Source: a virus (taxonomy: Duplodnaviria; Caudoviricetes). From it: a stretch of DNA of 33,465 nt. Location: IMG/VR virus record IMGVR_UViG_3300005263_000075, positions 1-33,465 of that record, one strand, 5' to 3'. Below are positions 8,566-15,923 of the stretch, piece after piece (within the stretch, counting starts at the first letter, position 1; each line of letters begins with the position of its first letter). Both the position numbers and the translations under genes were made by a program. The notes below the pieces were generated by a model. It saw only the letters and a program-made list of their open reading frames with translations. It ran no database searches and was not told the DNA's origin.

Positions 8566-9404
8566 CCTGCGACCCCTATGTAAATAAATCCATTTAAAAT
8601 ATCATCAGAGAAATTGGATCTTAGGTTTCCGTCCATAACACTTCCAACCTGTAAGTATATACAAATGTTGAAAGTATCTTGTATGTTATAAGAAGGACTA
8701 ATAAAATCAAAATTTACATTGTTCAACATAACAAACAGATATGTGTGAGATGAGAAGATTGTATCCGAAGCTGTAATATAATAAGTTCCTGGAGCGTTTC
8801 TTGTTGCAGTTATTGTTACCCCAACAAAGTCATTTTTTAAAACCGTAATTGATGGATTCTGTTCACCAGTTTGAGAGACTGCCAATATGATTTCTTTCTT
8901 CCCGAGTATTTCGGATTGATTTTTAGGATAGAATCCATTGCTATCACTGAATACATAACTATTTGGGAAGTCTGACGCTTTAATTACATTTTCGGAATAA
9001 AGAGAATCAATTGTAACTTTATGTGTAAAATGATAACCGAGTGCTGTGTCAAGATTTAATGATGTCTTCCTGATTACATCAACATCATTTATGTACATTA
9101 TTATGTTTGTCCCGGCGGATTTTCCTTTGCTGATAATTTTTATACCATCAAATTTAATAATGATTTTTTCGCCTTTACCTATTCCTATGTAATTTATAGA
9201 TGAGAATTTACCATCTCGGTCTGGAATATAAGTAAAAACAGAATCGCTGCCGATATTTTCAATTTTGACCGAACGATAACTGTTCACTCCAAAAAATGTA
9301 GTATCGTTAGAAGTGCCGATTGTTTTTCTTATGATCTGTGGGTTCTGTGACATTGCGACATTAGTCGCACAAATCAGTATTATTAATATTATTCGTTTCA
9401 ACAT
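8562..9404 (-). CDS. Secreted (signal peptide) two-domain structural-like protein
   Basis: MLKRIILIILICATNVAMS|Q signal; C-terminal SQTGEQNPSITVLKN..TRNAPGTY..SDDILN resembles phage fibre C-terminal domains (recall, not searched). Confidence 0.55.
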   Translation of the reverse strand: MLKRIILIILICATNVAMSQNPQIIRKTIGTSNDTTFFGVNSYRSVKIENIGSDSVFTYIPDRDGKFSSINYIGIGKGEKIIIKFDGIKIISKGKSAGTNIIMYINDVDVIRKTSLNLDTALGYHFTHKVTIDSLYSENVIKASDFPNSYVFSDSNGFYPKNQSEILGKKEIILAVSQTGEQNPSITVLKNDFVGVTITATRNAPGTYYITASDTIFSSHTYLFVMLNNVNFDFISPSYNIQDTFNICIYLQVGSVMDGNLRSNFSDDILNGFIYIGVAG

Positions 9405-9406
9405 TT

Positions 9407-9859
9407 TTATTTTTGTTTATTTATTATTAAAGCCTTTATTGGAAGTATCATTTGCATACAAGGATTAGCTTCTATCATTGTCATATAGTTTTCACCTCTT
9501 CCGAAATTAATACCTCGAATCTTTACAATAAGCTTGTCTATGATTTGTTTTGTCTTAGTGTACAAATCATCTTTATAGTTTTTAATTTCTTCCTCGGTCA
9601 TGACGTCCAGGTTCTTGCATTCGATTAGCAAATACATCGTGCATTCCTGAGTCGAACCATAAATTGTTGCACAGTCACCCTGACCAAAATTAAACGGCTC
9701 TTCATCAATGATTACTGCAGGATATGCAGTAGGAACAATCAGCTGTGTCCTGGAGACATACTTAATGAAATCTAAACCGAGAGTCGCTTCACCCTCTACA
9801 TAGTCACCCTGATTTCTGTTTGCGTTAATCACTGCAATTATTTTTTCCTGAAGTTCCAA
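9407..9859 (-). CDS. Putative tail terminator / tail completion protein
   Basis: 150 aa, YPAVIIDE motif, position after the neck gene. Confidence 0.55.
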   Translation of the reverse strand: MELQEKIIAVINANRNQGDYVEGEATLGLDFIKYVSRTQLIVPTAYPAVIIDEEPFNFGQGDCATIYGSTQECTMYLLIECKNLDVMTEEEIKNYKDDLYTKTKQIIDKLIVKIRGINFGRGENYMTMIEANPCMQMILPIKALIINKQK

Positions 9860-9864
9860 TTGTG

Positions 9865-10371
9865 TTATGCCTGAAGTTTTAAATTCTTAATTATGAAATC
9901 TGTATTCATCATAAGTGCCATCTTTAAGAATGGAAGTCCCTGTGTTCCGGTCCTTGAAATCTTACGTGCGATTAAGAATGCTATTGCTCTAGCTTTCGCA
10001 TCATCACCTTCCTTTACTGCGCGTCTCATCGTTGTTGGTTTACCCTTAGCATCTCTTAATATTCCTTTTTGGATTACCCATTTAACCAGCGGATCGATTG
10101 GAGGAAAGTGAGCCTTAGTACCTTCATGTTCGTATATGCCATAAGGAACGTTTGCACCAACACCAACGACACCGATGATCTGTCCGGCAGATTCGTAAAC
10201 CTGCTCACGTAAATTCTTTACTAACTCCGCAGATGCGACTGCTTTTTTATCGCGGATGATTCTATCGGCATCACGATGAAGTTTAAGAAGAATAACCATC
10301 AACACTTTTTCGATAGTGCTTCTTACGTTTTTATAATACTCATCAAACTTATTTTCGAAGTTATCTTCCAT
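9865..10371 (-). CDS. HK97 gp10-like neck / tail-component protein
   Basis: VGANVPYGIYEHEGT..GTQGLPFL motifs. Confidence 0.8.
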   Translation of the reverse strand: MEDNFENKFDEYYKNVRSTIEKVLMVILLKLHRDADRIIRDKKAVASAELVKNLREQVYESAGQIIGVVGVGANVPYGIYEHEGTKAHFPPIDPLVKWVIQKGILRDAKGKPTTMRRAVKEGDDAKARAIAFLIARKISRTGTQGLPFLKMALMMNTDFIIKNLKLQA

Positions 10372-10374
10372 TAT

Positions 10375-10830
10375 TTATACTGCAATCATTTTAGTGTGAC
10401 CCGCGATACAGGAATCCGGATTATCATCCGAGTCTGAATCTTTATTTAATTTCCAATCACTAAGAAGCGATTCCGCTGTAGATTTATAACCTGAGATAAC
10501 CTGTTGTATTTCTGCCTCACTCATCATACTTACCTTTGAATCCTTATACCCTGTTGACTTTACAAGACCCGACCCGGAACTAACTTTGCTTATGGTCGGA
10601 AGTATGTAACATAAACAGAAATAAGATTCTGCCAATGCAAATATATGTTTATCGGCATCACCCTCCTCTTTTGCTCTTATTTCATCGTATTTTATTTGAC
10701 CTACAATCTTAATGACATCCCTGCGGCCAAGTGGCATCAACGGAGAAATTTTGGTAGCAGTGTCGACTTTCTCAATGTTGCCAACCTGTTTTATTAATGT
10801 GGTATTAGTTATGTATTGTATGTCTGCCAT
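10375..10830 (-). CDS. Putative head-tail adaptor / head completion protein
   Basis: 151 aa helical protein directly after the capsid gene. Confidence 0.6.
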   Translation of the reverse strand: MADIQYITNTTLIKQVGNIEKVDTATKISPLMPLGRRDVIKIVGQIKYDEIRAKEEGDADKHIFALAESYFCLCYILPTISKVSSGSGLVKSTGYKDSKVSMMSEAEIQQVISGYKSTAESLLSDWKLNKDSDSDDNPDSCIAGHTKMIAV

Positions 10831-10842
10831 TGTTCTGGTTTT

Positions 10843-10878
10843 AAAAAGGGTGCCGAAGTTCGCACACCAACACCCTTT
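10843..10878 (-). terminator. Rho-independent terminator after the major capsid gene
   Basis: Minus strand AAAGGGTGTTGG..TCGGCACCC followed by TTTTT. Confidence 0.7.
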
Positions 10879-10907
10879 CGCTTATTCGTCTTCTTCTCGT
10901 TTTTTAA

Positions 10908-11837
10908 TTATTGTTCTAACTCTCCAATTACTATTGCATCAGGGATTACAAAGTTCGCATCAATATCCATCGAAGATACTATACTGATATTCTGCTTAAA
11001 AATATCCTTATCGCGTTCAACGAGCATCTGCTGACCATATCCTATCGCAAGGTTTTCGGGAAGTGTGAGAAGGATTACTCCTTCAGGCATAACCCATAAA
11101 GGTTCTACAAGAATATCTTCGCAGAATACCGGAGCATTTTTCACTGACATAAGATCACCAAGGGCAGTATTTCTTTCAGCAAGTTCATCTTTGTAAGCCC
11201 TTCTTGTTTTAGGGCTTACTATAAAACTAAGAGCGGCCGGATCAGACTGAAATTCACTTGGAAGTTTATCAAGCATTCCTTTAAAGATTGAAGAATACTT
11301 CATATTAGCATCAAACGGGAATTTATGAGTTGCGGCATGTAAATGGGCTTTTTTATTGATACCGTCTATAATCTTGTAGAATTTGCTTTGAGATTGCTTA
11401 TCACCTTTAAATGCAAGAGCAAGTGAATCGTTTGCCCATTGCTTTGAAAATAGGTCAAACACCTTTGCTTCGAGTGCTTGTTTCATTTCAGGCGTTATCT
11501 CTACATTTCCGCCAATTGCTTTTTGCAGCCAGTCGTAAGTAAGCTTCACCATTGCCATAGCTTTAACTGGCGTGAGTGTTTCAACACCTCTATGGACACC
11601 TGCTAAATCTTCGATAGCTGTATCTTCTAACTTTTCCCTTAAAATCTCTGTGTCGATGCCGAGTCTGTCTAAGTCAAGAGACTTAACTATCCCGGAATCA
11701 ATTCTCATTTTTTTCATAAACCCTGATTTATCTTTCAGAGTCGTTATGAATTCCGTGAGCTGTGCACCGTTCATCAATCCACCAACAGCGAGATCAATGG
11801 CTTCTTTCCACAACTGGATTCTTTCTGAGTTATTCAT
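10908..11837 (-). CDS. Major capsid protein (HK97 fold, PBSX XkdG / P2-like)
   Basis: GGLMNGAQLTEFI, LAFKGD..IIDG, RNTALGD, LLTLPENLAIG, DAIV motifs; follows the protease gene. Confidence 0.9.
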   Translation of the reverse strand: MNNSERIQLWKEAIDLAVGGLMNGAQLTEFITTLKDKSGFMKKMRIDSGIVKSLDLDRLGIDTEILREKLEDTAIEDLAGVHRGVETLTPVKAMAMVKLTYDWLQKAIGGNVEITPEMKQALEAKVFDLFSKQWANDSLALAFKGDKQSQSKFYKIIDGINKKAHLHAATHKFPFDANMKYSSIFKGMLDKLPSEFQSDPAALSFIVSPKTRRAYKDELAERNTALGDLMSVKNAPVFCEDILVEPLWVMPEGVILLTLPENLAIGYGQQMLVERDKDIFKQNISIVSSMDIDANFVIPDAIVIGELEQ

Positions 11838-11879
11838 CTATGTATTATTTAATTAAGTAATGATGTTTAATAAATTTGT

Positions 11880-13031
11880 TTATTTAAGCCCGAGAAAATT
11901 AAATTTTCCAGAACTTTTAGCAACTTCCTCAGACTTGCCTGGTTCCTGACCACTACCCGGGGTAGCTTTCTTTAATTCTTCGTTTTCTTTCTTGAGCGTC
12001 TCGACTGTGGCGGTCAACTCTGTAATTTTTGCATCAGATTCTTTCTTTAATTCTGCTGCCTTTTTTTCGACGGCTTCGTCGATGCTTTTTTGAATGTTCG
12101 GTTCCACTTTATTATCTGTTTTAGTTTCTGAATTTGTTTTAAGTTCGTTAAGTGCATCAATCGCAGCATTTAACTTAGAAAGTGTTGCTTCAGAAAGAGT
12201 CTTTCCGGCTTTCTCAATATCAATTGTATCGCCTTTCATAAGGTCTACTACTATACTTTTGGCAATGTTAATTGAATCTATTTTCGTTTTGAACTGGTCA
12301 ATGTTCGTGAGGATTTGAGTTTTCTTATCTGTTATATTCTCATCATTTAAAACCTGCCGAATTGAATCTGACAGTATCCACACATAGTCCTGTATATCCT
12401 GAGTGCCGACCAGTGCGTTAAAATCTTTTATGACTTTAATTTTATTGTCTTCCATTTTATTATTGTCTGTGTTTAATAAACCTTTAATTAGAGTAATAAA
12501 CTTTTTTACAACTGGTAAATCTTCCTTTGTGATGTCTTCGGAATTTGTGATGCGTTCTGCAGTGCCGTACATTGAGAAACCTGTGAATGTTCCGTCTTTA
12601 ACCTGAGACCATATTTCCTCGTTATCGACTTTCACGACAATAGCCCAGGCTCCAGGATCTTCCGGGTATAACTCGTCACCCTTTGCCACGATGTAGCACT
12701 GTACAATCTTTACATCTTTTGCAATCTGTAAATTATGACCTGTGTCAACTTTAGCAGTCGAATCAAGTTTCGCCATGAAATTATGACAAGCTTTTTCAAC
12801 CTCGTCGGCATTAGCATAGTCACCTTGTGTGTCGACTTTTCCGACGGGATAAACCAATCCGTAAACAAGCCTTTTCTCATCGTCTTTTTTAACTATGTCA
12901 AAATTACGAAGTGCGACAGATGTCGGTAATTCCATTGTACCAGCAGATTTAAAAATGAATTGAGTTTTATTGGCTGCTTTTCCAACGATAGAAATTAAAT
13001 CTATATCAATATTTCTGAGTTCGGATTTCAT
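11880..13031 (-). CDS. XkdF-like prohead serine protease with fused C-terminal coiled-coil scaffold
   Basis: KRLVYGLVYP..DTQGD..EKACHNFM..H..GAW..WSQVKDGTFTGFSMYG; K/E-rich coiled-coil tail. Confidence 0.88.
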   Translation of the reverse strand: MKSELRNIDIDLISIVGKAANKTQFIFKSAGTMELPTSVALRNFDIVKKDDEKRLVYGLVYPVGKVDTQGDYANADEVEKACHNFMAKLDSTAKVDTGHNLQIAKDVKIVQCYIVAKGDELYPEDPGAWAIVVKVDNEEIWSQVKDGTFTGFSMYGTAERITNSEDITKEDLPVVKKFITLIKGLLNTDNNKMEDNKIKVIKDFNALVGTQDIQDYVWILSDSIRQVLNDENITDKKTQILTNIDQFKTKIDSINIAKSIVVDLMKGDTIDIEKAGKTLSEATLSKLNAAIDALNELKTNSETKTDNKVEPNIQKSIDEAVEKKAAELKKESDAKITELTATVETLKKENEELKKATPGSGQEPGKSEEVAKSSGKFNFLGLK

Positions 13032-13085
13032 GATTAACTTTTCATTTCTTTGTTCTATTTTATATTGTTATGCTTCATGGGAGTA

Positions 13086-13138
13086 AATTTAGAATAGCAA
13101 AAGGAAAAAATAAACCTTGATTTTTCAAGGATAGATTT
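13086..13138 (-). promoter_or_regulatory. Late promoter motif, copy 1 (head-tail operon), with CCTTGA-N4-TCAAGG dyad at 13115-13130
   Basis: 44/53 nt identical to 27717..27769 in the opposite orientation; TAAATT -10-like box at the 3' end. Confidence 0.8.
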
Positions 13139-13146
13139 GTAGAGAC

Positions 13147-13175
13147 TTGACAGGTTAATTTATTTAATGTAAATT
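13147..13175 (+). promoter_or_regulatory. Sigma70-type promoter for the small rightward ORFs
   Basis: TTGACA (13147-13152), 17 nt, TAAATT (13170-13175). Confidence 0.65.
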
Positions 13176-13197
13176 TAAAGCAATTAAATATAATGGT

Positions 13198-13416
13198 ATG
13201 AGAATTCCAATTACAATTATTAAAGAAGAAGTGAAGTCAATTACATACAATGGAGAGGTTGTAAGTAAATCAGACTTTACAGAATCGACAGGCAAGTATC
13301 ATTTCAAATATTACATTTCTACATTATCAAAAAAAGGCATTGAACAAATAGGCAAGATAGTCAACAGCTTTGAGATATACGTTGACAAAGTTGGCTGGTT
13401 TAGATGTGAGTGCTAA
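13198..13416 (+). CDS. Hypothetical protein (moron-like)
   Basis: 72 aa ORF behind its own promoter. Confidence 0.55.
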   Translation: MRIPITIIKEEVKSITYNGEVVSKSDFTESTGKYHFKYYISTLSKKGIEQIGKIVNSFEIYVDKVGWFRCEC

Positions 13417-13425
13417 GGAAACCTA

Positions 13426-13451
13426 AAGATTGAATTTAATTATTCAATCTT
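13426..13451. repeat. 10-bp inverted repeat (operator or hairpin)
   Basis: AAGATTGAAT-N6-ATTCAATCTT between two small ORFs. Confidence 0.6.
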
Positions 13452-13490
13452 ATAATTTATATTATTAGTGTTTATTAATTAATATAAATT

Positions 13491-13691
13491 ATGAAATATA
13501 CTTCTAAAGATTTGTTTGAGAAATACGGTACATCCCGTAGTAGGCTGCATCAAATGAGATGCGGATATACAAATACAAAAGGTAATTTTATCAAGCCAAT
13601 ACTTATTGAAGGTAAAGACTGGAACTGGGATAGAGGGATTATCAAATACTCAATATCAACTATAAGAAAGCTTGATAATTATTTTTCTTAA
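13491..13691 (+). CDS. Small putative DNA-binding protein (MerR/excisionase-like HTH)
   Basis: YTSKDLFEKYGTSRSRLHQMR N-terminal HTH-like pattern; LIEGKDW. Confidence 0.45.
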   Translation: MKYTSKDLFEKYGTSRSRLHQMRCGYTNTKGNFIKPILIEGKDWNWDRGIIKYSISTIRKLDNYFS

Positions 13692-13697
13692 AATATT

Positions 13698-14150
13698 TTA
13701 TTCTTTATATTTTATTGTAACAGAAACAATTGTCTTTTCCCAATTAAGCATAAAATATTTGTCAGATGATTCCCAAAAAATGGAGTACGACCGATAACCA
13801 AGCAATACCTCATTTGCTATTGTCCAGTTGAAACTTCTTGCGGCTTCATCATACTTATCATCTTTCTTATAATACGGTCCAAGTCTTTTGCTCAGATAAG
13901 CCCAGCACCCATAGAAAAAATCATCTGTCGTAGTCATTTTATTTAATTGAAGAACTTTCTTTTCCGCACTGTACATAGCCCCATCAAATTCTTGCATATT
14001 TAACTTTGTATAATAAGTATCATCAAAATAAACTTTTGTGTTCCATTTCAAGAACTGTTCTCTATCATCAAGATCAATGCCAAACATTACTTGGCAAAAA
14101 GATACAGACGATGAGAATAAAATAATTAGTAACAAAAACAAGTTTCTCAT
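13698..14150 (-). CDS. Secreted hypothetical protein downstream of the repressor
   Basis: Signal MRNLFLLLIILFSSSVSFC|Q; same strand as the repressor. Confidence 0.6.
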   Translation of the reverse strand: MRNLFLLLIILFSSSVSFCQVMFGIDLDDREQFLKWNTKVYFDDTYYTKLNMQEFDGAMYSAEKKVLQLNKMTTTDDFFYGCWAYLSKRLGPYYKKDDKYDEAARSFNWTIANEVLLGYRSYSIFWESSDKYFMLNWEKTIVSVTIKYKE

Positions 14151-14260
14151 TTTCGCTCCGATAGTTTATTTAAATAATTTAAAAATCAAATTTATAAAGT
14201 ATAATATTAATAATAAAATCAAAACAAAGACAGAAAGCTTTAAGCCATACAAACGAGTAT

Positions 14261-14932
14261 TCATTTTACATCACGGATAATTTTCATTAATTTATATATA
14301 TGATATATATCGCTTCTTTTTACTATTGTCGGTTCATGTTTTGTGTTTACCGAATAAAGCATGATTAGATCGTTCTGTAAGTATTTTATTAATTTTGCAT
14401 TCCCATCCGATGTTTCTGGCTCAGTTTTAAAATTTACAACAACAGTTCTGCCGTTCTTGATTAGATGAGGTTCATCCGAGCATAATAGTAAATCGTTCGG
14501 ATTAATAAACGGTGTCATCGAATCCCCTTTAGCTCTTAATATAAAAGGATTATTTAAGTGACTTACATCGTTAACGGTATAATACTCCGAACCATATTCA
14601 TTCCAGCTATGTAAAGGTAAACCACATCCAACACTTCCTACAAACGGTACCTCTCTTGTTTTAGTTTTGTATAGAACATTGGTTTCATTAACTGTTTTAA
14701 ATGACTTATCAATATATTTATTACCAATTCCGGTAAACAACCATATTAAATTTACATGTGCATTATTAACAAACTTATCTAATATTTCTGTTGAAGGTTG
14801 TGTTCTTCCGGTCTCGTAATCAGATATTAATTGATAGCCAATCCCAATCCGCTGTGCAAACTCTTTCTGAGTTAAGCCCTCTCTTAACTCTTTAACCCTC
14901 TTTTGAAAGGTTTGCTTATTAAAATCTGACAT
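14261..14932 (-). CDS. Phage repressor, XRE HTH plus S24 (LexA/CI-type) autopeptidase; probable start 14932 (MSDFNKQ)
   Basis: LTQKEFAQRIGIGYQLISDYETG HTH; VGCG cleavage-site-like motif; GDSM catalytic Ser; NAKLI Lys. Confidence 0.92.
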   Translation of the reverse strand: MSDFNKQTFQKRVKELREGLTQKEFAQRIGIGYQLISDYETGRTQPSTEILDKFVNNAHVNLIWLFTGIGNKYIDKSFKTVNETNVLYKTKTREVPFVGSVGCGLPLHSWNEYGSEYYTVNDVSHLNNPFILRAKGDSMTPFINPNDLLLCSDEPHLIKNGRTVVVNFKTEPETSDGNAKLIKYLQNDLIMLYSVNTKHEPTIVKRSDIYHIYKLMKIIRDVK

Positions 14933-14950
14933 ATTTAAAATGTGTTTGGC

Positions 14951-15002
14951 AACCGCTTTTAATCTTAACGTGATGATGGTTAAGACATGGTTAAAAACGG
15001 TT
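14951..15002 (-). promoter_or_regulatory. Nested inverted repeat in the repressor 5' leader
   Basis: AACCGCTTTTAA / TTAAAAACGGTT (11/12) enclosing TCTTAAC / GTTAAGA. Confidence 0.45.
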
Positions 15003-15044
15003 AATACTAAATTAATGGGTAGTTGTGAATTTATCAAGTGAATT

Positions 15045-15116
15045 CTTGATATAACGAAGATTTTAACAAAATCGTTAAGTAACGGATTTTGTACTTGACA
15101 AATACGTTATATAACG
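15045..15116. promoter_or_regulatory. Three putative repressor operators, consensus CGTTATATAACG
   Basis: CTTGATATAACG 15045-15056, CGTTAAGTAACG 15073-15084, perfect palindrome CGTTATATAACG 15105-15116. Confidence 0.75.
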
Positions 15117-15125
15117 ATATTTTTG
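15095..15125 (+). promoter_or_regulatory. Early lytic promoter
   Basis: TTGACA (15095-15100), 17 nt containing the perfect operator, TATTTTTG (15118-15125). Confidence 0.75.
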
Positions 15126-15160
15126 TTTAAGAATTCTTTAACAAACGAATTAGAACAAAT

Positions 15161-15511
15161 ATGACATTAAAAGAACAACTGAAGAAAAAGGGTAAATCAA
15201 TCAGAGGTATTGCTAATGACTTACGGCTCAATCATTCTACAGTATTACAGATTCTCGATAATACTTATGATGGAAAGCAATCCACAAAAGAAAGAGTATT
15301 AAATCATATTACATTCGTTCTTGTCGATAAGGATGATCTTAATGATGTGGTTTATTCGAATCATGAACTTTTCATTAGAGCATTAACATTCGCACAACGA
15401 TCACTGAAAAATTTTACTGATGACGAAGCACTTGTATTAATGGAGACAGTTCTGAAATTAAAAAAATATAAAAAACATACCGATGATGAAAAAGAGAATA
15501 AATCAATTTAA
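15161..15511 (+). CDS. Ner/Cro-like HTH regulator
   Basis: LKKKGKSIRGIANDLRLNHSTVLQIL HTH; first early gene, divergent from the repressor. Confidence 0.75.
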   Translation: MTLKEQLKKKGKSIRGIANDLRLNHSTVLQILDNTYDGKQSTKERVLNHITFVLVDKDDLNDVVYSNHELFIRALTFAQRSLKNFTDDEALVLMETVLKLKKYKKHTDDEKENKSI

Positions 15512-15698
15512 CGAAACGCGTAACGTTAAATTAATAAAGATGATGGAAAGGGCAGGATTAAAAGACAAAGTCATAGCCCAAAAAATAGGTATTAGCCCTG
15601 TTTGGTTATCTAAAATCAAGAATGGGAAATGTGTCCCGAAAGAAACAATTTCCAAACTCGAAAATTTCCTTAATGAATTTAATAATAAGGTAGCATGA
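15483..15698 (+). CDS. Small XRE-family HTH protein
   Basis: LKDKVIAQKIGISPVWLSKIKNG. Confidence 0.75.
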   Translation: MMKKRINQFNETRNVKLIKMMERAGLKDKVIAQKIGISPVWLSKIKNGKCVPKETISKLENFLNEFNNKVA

Positions 15699-15737
15699 TA
15701 ATAATTTACAACTCTATTAACCTTTAATTATATCATT

Positions 15738-15923
15738 ATGTACGACTTTGAAAATCAATTGAAAAGGTACAAGAAGAAATGCGCTTTCAACAAGCGGCTT
15801 TACAAAGACCGTAAAGAACTCAGAGATAATCAAAAAGTAAATTCGACTGAGACGAATAAAGTAAATGCACTTCGTGCTTTCAACGATAATTTAAAAACAA
15901 CACGAATAATATGTCTGAACTAA
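15738..15923 (+). CDS. Small basic hypothetical protein
   Basis: 61 aa ORF overlapping the transposase start. Confidence 0.4.
   Translation: MYDFENQLKRYKKKCAFNKRLYKDRKELRDNQKVNSTETNKVNALRAFNDNLKTTRIICLN

Noticed and set aside
14933-15037. Long N-terminal extension of the repressor in the ORF track
   Set aside because: TTG start running through regulatory DNA; the HTH begins just after ATG 14932
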